A stretch of DNA of 20,000 nt. Origin: Chiloscyllium plagiosum. Lineage: Eukaryota. Both the position numbers and the translations under genes were made by a program. The stretch lies in the NCBI RefSeq assembly GCF_004010195.1, contig NC_057754.1, forward strand, positions 5,359,789 to 5,379,788, in the 5' to 3' direction. The first letter of the stretch is position 1, and the number at the start of each line of letters is the position of its first letter. Below, one piece after another: positions 10,247 to 19,907 of this stretch. The notes below the pieces were generated by a model. It made no database searches. It saw only the letters and a list, made by a program, of their open reading frames with translations, and had not been told where the DNA came from.

Positions 10247-10569
10247 AACCTTTTGAGAGCATCTATCAGCTCACCTCCTCAACCACAACCTGCCAGCATA
10301 TGGTTGTGCGACATTTTAACCATCAGAGTAACAAGAATGCTCCACTTGGCTTCAGGAACCGATGTTCCCTTTAGCTTATTTTGCCCTGGCCACTGCAATG
10401 TGTTGCAGTTTAAGTTGGTTAAGTCCAGGGTGCTATAACACCATCCGTGCAACACCTTGGTGGGAACATTGGTCAGGACGCTTGGTTAGAAAGATGGAGG
10501 GCGAAACCAGCGTGACTTTTACTCCATGATTACAGTCCAGAGAGACTCCGACTGGATAGTCCACCGTGT

Positions 10570-10829
10570 TGAGGAGAAACCTCTTCACCCAGAGAGTGGT
10601 GGGTGTGTGGAATGCTCTGCCCCAGAAGGCTGTGGAAGCCAAGTCTCTGGATACTTTCAACAAAGAGATGGATAGGGCTCTTAAAGATAGTGGAATCATG
10701 GGTTATGGGGATAAAGCAGGTACAGGATACTGATTGTGGATAATCAGCCATGATCATAATGGATGGTGGTGCTGGCTCGAAGGGCCGAATGGCCTACTCT
10801 TGCACCTATTGTTTATTGTCTATTGATTG
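10570..10829 (+). mobile_element. CR1 LINE 3' end
   Basis: RRNLFTQRVVGVWNALP-coding sequence, then gctcgaagggccgaatggcctactc and a (TATTG)-like tail. Confidence 0.85.
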
Positions 10830-10899
10830 TGCAGGAAGAATCCTATTCAGACTGAGAACCGGCCCATTGACATTACGCTCACTCCTGAAGGATTGTCAC

Positions 10900-11545
10900 T
10901 GTATGGACCAGACCAAACTCCCTCAAAATATAATAAGAAGGTAGCCTAGACTCTAACTTTTTCTTATTTGTAAAGGTAACTGTGTTCCTGATGCAATGCA
11001 ACTGGTCAAACTAATCGACGTTCAGCAAAACACAATTTATTCAAGCACTATTGTTAAAATACAACAAGAGAAAGAGGGACTTGGATTAACTTAGCTCGAC
11101 AGGAAAACTTAACAGCATAATAGATTGTTTTACTACTAAACCCCAATAACTGTTCCAATATCGTAACATCCCATACATACATCCTTTGGCAAAAGGCAAA
11201 TTCAGAAAACAGATTCTCTTTGTCGCAGGCAGAGATCCCAGGTGTTTGGCTGTAACTGAGAGAAGGAGAAAAAAAAACTTCCACCTCTTCAAGACCCCAA
11301 CAACAACTGCCGAATGCGAAAACTGAAGATCCTGGTTCTGTGTTTGGGAACTTGACAACACCCAGCCAGGCTGCTTCTATTGTTTCAACTTTTAAACAAA
11401 ACCACCTCCCACCCCTCCTCCCTCCAAGGCCTCACAACCTGTTTCCTTCACTGACTTTCCAACTAGACAGCTCATCACCTCAGTCATAAAACCTCTCTTG
11501 AAATGAAAAGGACAAGGTATCCTCTTAAACAACAGCATTGTCACA
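10900..11545 (-). mobile_element. Solo LTR (Gypsy-like)
   Basis: TGT...ACA termini; near-perfect 4-bp TSD tcac (10896-10899) / ttac (11546-11549); AATAAA on the minus strand (11036-11041); homologous to 15362-16542. Confidence 0.65.
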
Positions 11546-11552
11546 TTACTTT

Positions 11553-11825
11553 GTGGGCGGCACGGTGGCACAGTGGTTAGCACTGCTGCCTCACAGCGCC
11601 AGAGACCCGNNNNNNNNNNNNNNNNNNNNNNNNNNNNNNNNNNNNNNNNNNNNNNNNNNNNNNNNNNNNNNNNNNNNNNNNNNNNNNNNNNNNNNNNNNN
11701 NNNNNNNNNNNNNNNNNNNNNNNNNNNNNNNNNNNNNNNNNNNNNNNNNNNNNNNNNNNNNNNNGTGTGGACTTGTTGGGCCGAAGGGCCTGTTTCCACA
11801 CTGTAAAGTAATCTAATCTAATCTA
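11553..11825 (+). mobile_element. Young HE1-like V-SINE spanning an assembly gap
   Basis: Head gtgggcggcacggtggcacagtggttagcactgctgcc and tail gggccgaagggcctgtttccacactgta-(ATCTA)n; N-run about 11610-11764. Confidence 0.9.
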
Positions 11826-11943
11826 CTTGGGCGCGGTGTCTCCAGAAGAAAAGTCAGTGGGGGGGCGGGGGGGGCGATGAGAAAGACTACAGATAAAAAA
11901 GCAATACTTTCTAATCAATGGTCTATGATGTGTTCATACCCAG

Positions 11944-12037
11944 AGCCAAAGGAGGTGCTGAGAAAGATGTAGAGCTAAAGAAAGACGAGATTCCACTACA
12001 AGAGACGCACATGTCAAAGATGGAGCAGACCATTTAA
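11944..12037 (+). CDS. slc22a6: Probable terminal coding exon of the SLC22/OAT gene (cytoplasmic tail)
   Basis: Branch-like CTAAT at 11911-11915 and acceptor ttcatacccag| at 11943. The phase-2 join gives R-AKGGAEKDVELKKDEIPLQETHMSKMEQTI*, TAA at 12035-12037. The charged tail has IPLQ, resembling the VPLQ of mammalian OAT1. Lies in non-repetitive sequence. Confidence 0.8.
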
Positions 12038-12348
12038 CCAAAGAAGGCATGGTCTCAATAACTCAGCAGCTCTCTCAAATGGCAACTGATATTCTGTAAT
12101 GTCCCAGAGGGAAAACTAAACTAGTATCACTTGGAGATGAACGTACTGTCATTTGAGGTTAAAAAAGACTAGTCAGACTACAGTGTGTCATCCGCAAGTT
12201 TTGCTGGTATTTCCTTCATTCACATTTTCATGTTGTGTTGGATTCTCAACTGGAAAGATTTCTGCTGCTAAATAATAAGGTGATTGATTCGCAGCCGTCA
12301 CAAATCTAAAACACAGGAAATGAATTTTGCAGAATCTGATGTTTGGAT

Positions 12349-12354
12349 ATTAAA
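12349..12354 (+). terminator. Candidate polyadenylation signal (ATTAAA)
   Basis: First canonical-type hexamer I found after the stop codon, about 310 nt downstream. No transcript evidence. Confidence 0.35.
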
Positions 12355-12692
12355 GCACTGGGTTTACATTGGCCTGGAGACCGGGATTACCTTTCAGTTT
12401 CCCCGCACCATGTAGGCTCCAACTCTGCAGCGTAGATCATTTGCACTGACAGATTTCCTGGCCAGCAGTCAGCCTGATTGGGCAGGCTTGGCTTCCAACT
12501 GGGGAGGGAGTGTTCTAGAGAAGCCCACACGACAAGACGGGCCCCATCTGGCTGGGGGGGAGGGTGGCGCTGGTGGCTATGATCTCTGACTCCTTTGGTG
12601 GACGGTTCATGCATGGGTATTTGCTCAGGTTTGGTATTGTGGTGTTTTGCGGGGGGTGGTTTAGGAATCTTGGGTGGAAGGACATGTTCCTC

Positions 12693-12850
12693 TCCTGGCC
12701 CCAAAGCCGTTGTATAAAGATATTCCTTTATCTGTGTCTCATAAGCCGTGGTATAAGGATATTCTTTATTTTCCTGGCCTATAAACTGTCCTATAAAGAT
12801 ATTCCTTTATCTACAGGCCCCCAAGCTATGCTGTAAAGATATTTCATTTC
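12693..12850 (+). repeat. Degenerate ~40-bp tandem repeat (4 units) with a palindromic core
   Basis: Core TATAAAGATATTCCTTTAT at 12713 and 12792, variants at 12752 and 12832; spacing 39/40/40. Confidence 0.75.
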
Positions 12851-13032
12851 CGTTGTAATTCTTGCACCATCTGTGTGCATGGCTGGCCCAGTCAGCATGT
12901 CCTTGGGGAATGGCTGATGAATCACCTTCTTGAAGCACTTCAGTCCATCTGAAAGACGTTCGCAATCCCAATCACCTTTCAAACAGCCGGGTTTCCCAAA
13001 ACGGGAACTCCATTGCTGTCTGGAATTATGAT

Positions 13033-13156
13033 CATGATTTGGAGATGGGCTATAAATTCTCCACAATCACCTGATGAAGGAGCGTCGCTCCGAAAGCTAG
13101 TGTGTTTCCAATTAAACCTGTTGGACTATAACCTGGTGTTGTGTGATTTTTAACTT
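13033..13156 (+). mobile_element. Short Penelope-like (pLTR-type) insertion with perfect 12-bp TSD
   Basis: TGGAATTATGAT at 13021-13032 and 13157-13168; contains a hammerhead core, ATTAAA (13111-13116) and a GT-rich tract. Confidence 0.8.
13068..13102 (+). ncRNA. Minimal type-I hammerhead ribozyme
   Basis: CAC-CUGAUGA-A-GGAGC-GUC-GCUCC-GAAA-GC-UA|GUG. Stem I CAC/GUG, 5-bp stem II, palindromic AGCU minimal stem III. Predicted cut after 13099. Confidence 0.8.
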
Positions 13157-13400
13157 TGGAATTATGATGCATTACACTTAGCTGAACACTTATCCCTGAA
13201 TGTGGAGTGGGTGCTTGAGACTAACGATTCTGTTGCACAGGGTTTTAGGCACAAAGTTACAGTCTCCTCGCTCCCAGAGGTTTCTAAAAGACTTATTTAA
13301 CTTATCGGTAATTTTCCAGGGCACTTTATCACAATCTTCACTGAGATTCTATCAGCGTTTATTCTGAAACAACTTTGAGGGCTTCACCTATTGAGTACGT

Positions 13401-14144
13401 CATCAAACCATACAGCATGGAAACAGACCCTTCAGTTCAACTTGTCCACATATCCTAAATTAATCTAGTCCCAACTGCCAGCATTTGGCCCATATCCTTC
13501 TGAACCCTTCCTATTCATGTACCCATCCAGATGCCTTTTAAATGTTGTCATTGTACCAATCTCCACCACTTCCTCTGGCAGCTCATTCCATTCATTCCCT
13601 CTGCGTGAAAATGTTGCCCCTCAGGTCCCTTTTAAATCTTGCCCCTCTTGCCTTAAACCTATACCTTCTAGTTTTGAACTCCCCGACCCTGGGAAAAAGA
13701 CTGTGGCTATTCACCTTAGGCACACCCCTTTAAGGTCACCCCTCAGCCTCCGATGCTCCAGGGAAAATAACCCCAGCCTATTCAACCTTTCCTTTACAGC
13801 TCAAACCCTCCAATCCCGGCAACATCCTGTAAATCTGTAAAATCCTTTCAAGTTTCACAACATCCCTACTATAGCAGGGAGACCAGAATTGAATGCAGTA
13901 TTCCAAAAGTGGCCAAACCAATGTCCTGTACAGCCGCAGCGTGATGTCCCAACTCCTATACTCGATGCACTGACCAAAGAAGGAAAGCATACCAAACACC
14001 TTCTTCACCACCCTGTCTACCTGCGACTCCACCTTCAATGAACTATGTATCCGCACCCCTATAGCTCTCTTTGTTCAGCAACACTCCCCAAGGCCCTACC
14101 GTTAGCCACGTAAGTTCTGCCCTGGTTTTGCCTTCTCAAAATGC
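13401..14144 (-). mobile_element. CR1/HER1-like LINE 3' fragment
   Basis: ORF 13778-14056 (SSLKVESQVDRVVKK..LYRTLVWPLLEYCIQFWSPCY) plus the 3' UTR and tail toward 13401. Confidence 0.9.
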
Positions 14145-14430
14145 GCTATGTTACTTTGTTGGATATTCCACAGCACCGACCAGAAGAAGGTGACTGTTTG
14201 GTTATCACCATCTTACTTGAGGACTGCAGGAGGTATGGGAGGAGGACAGGACTGAGCAAGGACCTAGACAGTGGAGGAGACACCTGCCTGCCTCTGGATC
14301 GGCTCTCTCCTCCTCTGGGTCACCTCTCCGGCAGACCGACGGTGTCATTACTGGCAATCTGTATGGCCTCTCGCTCCTGAAACACCGCGAGTCCCACAGC
14401 ACACTCCTCACCTTCAAACGACTCGAGTAT

Positions 14431-14465
14431 CGCTGGAGCCTTTCATTTTGCACTCATCAGGACAA
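14431..14465 (-). ncRNA. Degenerate hammerhead-like motif
   Basis: Minus strand UUGUC-CUGAUGA-GU-GCAAA-AU-GAAA-GGC-UC-CAGCG. Core present, but stem II is weak and stem I is broken. Confidence 0.5.
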
Positions 14466-14516
14466 TTCACAAGAATACCCATGTAAAGCAACGCAATGTT
14501 TTATACTGTCTGAGAA

Positions 14517-14817
14517 GAGTCATAGAGTCATACTGCACGGAAATAGACCCTTCGGTTCAACTTGTCCATGCTGACCACACATCCTAAATTAATCCAGTCC
14601 CAATTGCCAGCATTTGACCCGTATTCCTCCAAACATTTGGTCCAAACAGGCCACACCAACCATAATCCCAGGCTAAACTAGACTCATTTACCTGTGTCTG
14701 GCACATATCCCTCTCAACTTTTCCGATTCATGCATTTAACCAAATGTCTTTTAAACGTTGTAAGTGTACCCACATCCACCACTTCCTCCAGAAATGCATT
14801 CCACACACGAACCTCCG
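14517..14817 (-). mobile_element. Two adjacent CR1 3' tail fragments
   Basis: gagtcatagagtcatactgcacggaaatagaccc tail, then a second tail/UTR from about 14635 (ccataatccc..catatccctc..cttttaaacgttgtaa). Confidence 0.75.
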
Positions 14818-14950
14818 CTACATTGCTCAGTTGAGTGCAGGATGGAGCCATTACGGACAATCTCACATAAAGCCGCAAATTCAAATCTAACCTGAGCCTT
14901 TGAGATGGGGCAGTCAGCCCCTTTCCTTTATATTGGCATCTCCGGCAAAT

Positions 14951-14982
14951 GTCCTGATGCGTTCAAAACGAAAATCCTCGAC
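14951..14982 (+). ncRNA. Hammerhead-like motif with a core substitution
   Basis: GUC-CUGAUGC-GUU-CAA-AAC-GAAA-AUCC-UC|GAC. Stems I and II pair, but core A9 is C. Homologous to the 14431-14500 minus copy. Confidence 0.6.
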
Positions 14983-15871
14983 GAAATGGGTCTCTCTTTC
15001 AGCAAATGTCCTCAAAGCAAGTGGGTGATGGAGCCGAGATATACCATTCCACCACATTGCAGCTGGTCAGTGCTATGCTTTCGCTTTTCGGTCTTGAATT
15101 CAAAGCAAAATCCAGTGTTGAAAATGGTCAAGCCTTCCTGAATCGATCACACTGCAACCATTTACTGCCAGATCCCATCTGTGGCCCAAATCAGCTCTCG
15201 TGATCTTTCTTAAAGGGGACATGGGGAGGCTACGCGTAGAGGTGGTACATTATTGCAAAACAGAGGGTCAATGCTGGTGCAGAACATTGGCACTTGGGGA
15301 ATTACACACCGAACAGGACTTGTACAAGAAGACATAACACTGGCATAAAGAATATACATATTGTTATGGACCAGGCCAGACCCCCTCAGAACATTTCAAG
15401 AAAGGAGCCCGAACTCTAACTTTGCTAGTTGTTTTAAGCAAATGTAAAGTGAATATACCAGGAGGGTTGCATCTGGCACAACGACTCGCCTCAGGCAGAG
15501 TTTATTTGCAAGAAACACAAACAAAATACAGAATAACTTAACCTATCCAAAAACCCAACAGATTATCCTAACTTAATGATGCTGTTACAAATACTTGCAA
15601 CAAACCTCAGAAACACCTCATTGCAAAAGAAAAAGGATAACTCCAACATAGGCTCTTTCAGGAGAGATATCAGAGAGAGGGAGGATCAGCATGGACCTGC
15701 TTCTCTGCGTCCAGCTGCTTCACAACGGACTGCCTGCTTTCAGTGAACAGCCAGACCAGTGAAGACCAAACCAAACCAAACCAGAGAAAGCTGAGCTGGG
15801 AGAACTGGCCACAACCCTTTCAATGTATAAGTGTTTTTTTTCAAAAACTTGAAAACATTCTCAAACAGTTC

Positions 15872-16190
15872 GTGGGCAGCACAGAGGCACAGTGGTTAGC
15901 ACTGCTGCCTCACAGCGCCAGAGACCCGGGTTCAACTCCTGCCTCAGACGATTGTCTGTGTGGAGTTTGCATGTCCTCCATGTGTCTGTGTGGGTTTCCT
16001 CTGGGTGCTCCGGTTTCCTCCCACAGTCACAAAGATGTGCAGGTTAGGGTGGATTGGCCGTGCTAAATTGTCCCATAGTGTTAGGTGAAGGGGTAAATGT
16101 AGGGGAATGGGTCTGGGTGGGTTGCGGGTCGGTGTGGACTTGTTGGGCCGAAGGGCCTGTTTCCACACCGTAAGTAATCTAATCTAATCT
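15872..16190 (+). mobile_element. Full-length HE1-like V-SINE
   Basis: A/B-box tRNA head (ggcacagtgg; ggttcaactcc), V-domain, single 53-bp unit, (AATCT)n tail; TSD agttc at 15867-15871 / 16191-16195. Confidence 0.92.
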
Positions 16191-16231
16191 AGTTCAACCA
16201 ACACTTCTTGGAATTGCTTTTTTAATGACCT

Positions 16232-16472
16232 AGAGTCATAGGGATGTACAGCATGGAAACAAACTCTTCGGTCCAACCCGTCCATGCCGACCAGATACCC
16301 TAACCCAATCTAGTCCCACTTGCCAGCACCCAGCCCATATCCCTCCAAACCCTTCCTATTCATAAAACCATTCAAATGCCTTTTAAATGTTGCAATTGTA
16401 CCACCACGTCCTCTGGCAGCTCATTCCATACACGTATCACCCTCTGCGTGAAAAAGTTGCCGCTTAGGTCCC
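16232..16472 (-). mobile_element. CR1 LINE 3' end nested in the LTR
   Basis: agagtcatagggatgtacagcatggaaac..catatccctccaaacccttcc..gaaaaagttgccgcttaggtc. Confidence 0.85.
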
Positions 16473-16709
16473 TAATATCTCTGAAAAAAAAGCCAAGCAC
16501 AGCATAACCTTGTTAAAGGAGCAATATTCTATTTTTGTCACATGTTTACGACTGGAATACAGAAAATTAATTTAATAAAGTACAGTTTGCCAAAACTGGT
16601 GTTTGTGTGCTGTGATCGACCCAATGTAGAGAAGGAGGTTACAGTTCAGCCAACATACCTCAATGTGCTGTATCTTGCAAGATGGAGTCTTAAGAAGGCT
16701 GAGGTCAAA

Positions 16710-17728
16710 CAGCCAGACAGTATGGGAACAGACCCTTGGGTCCAACCCACCCACGCTGACCACATATCCTAGATTAATTAAGCTCCATTTGCCAGCATTT
16801 GGCCCACATCGCTCTAAACCCATCCTGTCCATTCAATTGCCTTTTCAATATTGCAATTGTACTCACCTCCTCTAGCAGCTCATGCCATACACATGTCACC
16901 TTCTGCGTGAAAATGTTACCCCTCAGGTCCTTTTTAAATCTTTCCCCTCTCACCTTGAACCTAATGCCCTCTAGTTTTGACTGTCCCAATTCTGGGGAAA
17001 ACACCTTGGCTCCTCACTCTATCCACACCCCTCATGATTTTATAAACTCCTGTAAAGTCACCCCTCATTCTCCAATGGTCCAGGGAAGAAAAAGCCCTAT
17101 CCTATTCAGTCTGGTGGCTAAGTGGTTAGCATCGCTGCCTCACAGCGCCAGGGACATGAATTTGATTCCACCCTCGGGCGACTGTCTGTGTGGAGTTTGC
17201 ACATTCTCCCCGTGTCTGTGTGATCCGGTTTCCTCCGGGTGCTCCGGTTTCCTCCTACAGTCCAAAGATGTGCAGGTTATGGTGGATTGGCTGTGCTAAA
17301 TTGCCCATAGTGTCTGGCGATGTGCAGGCTATGTGGGTTACCAATGAGAAAAGTCAAGGGATAGGGTATGACTGGTTGGGATGCTTTTTTGGAGGGTCGG
17401 TTTCGACCTAATGGGCTGAATGGCCTGCTTCTATACTATAAGGATTCAATTCAGCTCTCCCTTATAGATCAAACCCTCCAATCTCAGCAACTTCCTTATA
17501 AATCTTTCCTGCACCCTTTCAAGTTGAACAACATCTTTCCTGTAGCAGGGAGACCAGAACTGAATGCAGTATTCCAAAAGTGGTCTAACCAATGTCCTGT
17601 ACAGCCACAACATGACCTCCCAACTCCTATACTCAACGCACTGAACAATAAAGGCAAGAATACCAAATGCCTTCTTCACCACCCTGTCTACCTGCAACTC
17701 CACTTTCAAGGTGTACATATCTAGAACA
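16710..17728 (-). mobile_element. CR1/HER1-like LINE 3' fragment split by a SINE
   Basis: ORFs 17446-17739 (LYRTLVRPLLEYCIQFWSPCYRKDVVQLERVQ) and 16774-17004 (RFKVRGERFKKDLRGNIFTQ) are contiguous once the SINE is removed. Confidence 0.9.
17110..17448 (+). mobile_element. HE1-like V-SINE inserted into a LINE
   Basis: Head, V-domain and tail present; TSD attcag at 17104-17109 / 17449-17454. Confidence 0.9.
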
Positions 17729-17779
17729 ACCAGTATCACTGAAAATATGAAACAAAGAACACAAATACTGATCAGGTTT

Positions 17780-18348
17780 GTCCAGGGATGTGCAGGTTAG
17801 CGTGGATTGGCCGTGCTAAATTGTCCCATAGTGCCCAGGGATGTGCAGGTTATGGTGGATTGGCCGGGCTAAATTGTCCCAAAGTGCCAGGGATGTGCAG
17901 GTTAGGGTGGATTGGAAATGCTAAATTGTCCCATAGTGTCCAGAAATGTGCAGGTAAGGGTGGATTGGCTGTGCTAAATTGTCCCATAGTACCTGGGGAT
18001 GTGCAGGTTAGGGTGGATTGGCCGTGCTAAATTGTCTCATCGTGTCCAGGGTGTGTAGGTTAGCGTGGATTGGCTGTGCTAAATTGTCCCATAGTGCCCA
18101 GGTATGTGCAGGTTAGGGTGGATTGGCCGTGCTACATTGTCCCATAGTGCCCAGAGGTCTATAGGTTAGGGTGGATTGGCCATGCTAAATTGCCCCATAG
18201 TGTCCAGGGATGTGCAGGTTAGGGTGGGTAAGCCACAGCAAATACAGGATGGGTGGGTAGCCTGGCTGGGATGTTCTTCACAGTGTTGATGTGGACTAGT
18301 TGGGCCAAATGGCCTGTTTCCACAGTGGAATAATTCTATGATGTTATG
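17780..18348 (+). repeat. Second SINE-derived 53-bp minisatellite (about 8.5 units, to ~18230) plus SINE 3' tail
   Basis: Unit gggatgtgcaggttagggtggattggccgtgctaaattgtcccatagtgccca, then ggactagttgggccaaatggcctgtttccacag; no SINE head. Confidence 0.92.
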
Positions 18349-19457
18349 AGGGATTAGATTCTTCAGACAAACAATTAAACGCCATTGGTGTATAAGCCCA
18401 CAAATTAAATCTGTAGTCTATATAAACATCCCTCTGACACAGACAGACAAAGCAGTATTGGTTATGGGTGGAGGAAAATCAAGAAGGCAGTTCAGTGGTT
18501 CCTACTCACAGGTTACACTGATGCTGTTCTGAACATCTTTCTCTCGATGGTTCCCCTGGTTTGCAAGAGAGACAAGGTGGCTGGTTTGTATTTTGTTCTT
18601 TGTGCTCCATTTGCCTTTCCATGCCTTTGAGCATTAAGGCATTGTGGGATATGTTAGCTACATCATCTTGTCCAACGTAGAACGCTGCATGTGTGCAATA
18701 AATCAAATTGTGCCCTCCGCTCCCTACCTCCTGGTTCCCTCCTGTTTTATGGGCGAGATTGATGGACCAAACCGTAAAAGTTTGCCCTTAAAAGGGCTTA
18801 CAATTAAAAGGCACAGCTTACAAGAACTGCGGAAGGAAAGATGAACTGGTATTCTTCGGGTTTTAAATTGCTTCAGGGTTTTGACTGCAGAGAACAGAGA
18901 GACAGCCTCTGGGCTGGGTGTAGATGTAATCACACGTAGTTCCCATCCCCAAGCTGTTCCGTTATTGGCTGGCAAAAGGCTTTTGGATTTTGTCACCAGT
19001 AACTGGCCAGTAGTCCATAGACCAATAAACCTCTTGCTACCACTCTGAACTGCATCTGTACACACACTCCACAACTCCAGTTTGTTTACAATCCAAATGC
19101 CAATTATGCTTGTTTGAACAATGTGAGCCATGAGAATCAGATCACTTGCTTTACAAAACATACAGCAATTCTTTCAAACTCTACTCTTAAAAGCGGTCCT
19201 TCTCTTCCAGTTCAGAAAGCACAAAAATAGACACAATCTCTGCAGAACTTCCAACCAGGTTTCAATCTCGCTCGCGACAGTGAGACAACAATTTGCCATG
19301 CTATTAGTTTGCTATTATGACCTAATCTCACCTCATTCAGCTTCCCACTCTCCCGTCTACCAGATAGAAACTAGATGTTGAGATTTCCCAATGTGATAAT
19401 CTAAGCTTGGAATCTGGCTGTATGGTTCTTCGGTCTAAATGATTTGGATGAGAATAT

Positions 19458-19751
19458 GATTAGATTACTTACAGTGTGGAAACAGGCTCTTCGGCCCAAC
19501 AAGTCCACACCGACCCTCCGAAGAGCAACCCACCGAGATCCATTCCCCTACACCTAACACTACAGGCAATTTAGCACAGCCAGTTCACCTAAGCTGCACA
19601 TTTTTGGACTGTGGGAGGAAACCAGAGCACCCGGAGGAAACCCACGCAGACAATGTGCAAACTCCACACAGACAGTTGCCTGAGACGGGAATTGAACTCG
19701 GGTCTCTGGCGCTGTGAGACAGCAGTGCTAACCACCGTGCCACCATGCCGC
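19458..19751 (-). mobile_element. Full-length HE1-like V-SINE
   Basis: Reverse complement of the family at 15872-16190: tail gattagattacttacagtgtgg, head gctaaccaccgtgccaccatgccgc. Confidence 0.92.
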
Positions 19752-19907
19752 ATGGACAGTCCAGGCACCGTCTTCAAATGACTGACCTCCCACCCTCTCT
19801 CTCTCTCCCCACACTTTCCCTGGAGTACTCCACAGGGGTGAACCCTAAACCCACCTTTCCCAGATAAGCTCTCCAACATTGTCCTGTATAAGGCAAAGGT
19901 GGAACAT

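Larger units (their letters stand above)
15362..16542 (-). mobile_element. Solo-LTR-like element with a nested SINE and LINE tail
   Basis: Starts tgttatggaccaggccagaccccctca and ends ttgtcaca like 10900-11545; shared ctctaacttt, tttatt and gcaaaag blocks; no clean TSD. Confidence 0.6.

Noticed and set aside
11610..11764. N-run and ORFs crossing it
   Set aside because: Assembly gap inside a SINE; the X-filled ORFs are artefacts.
12693..12850. Palindromic repeats with spacers as a mini-CRISPR
   Set aside because: Linkers resemble one another (ggcc..aagc), repeats are degenerate, and the context is eukaryotic.
15872..15945. tRNA gene
   Set aside because: tRNA-derived SINE head continuing into the V-domain; no complete cloverleaf or terminator.
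10900..16542. Paired LTRs of one provirus
   Set aside because: LTRs are too diverged, the first has its own TSD, and the interior holds a host exon rather than gag/pol.
18724..19161. 145-aa minus-strand ORF
   Set aside because: No recognisable domain or supporting splice structure.
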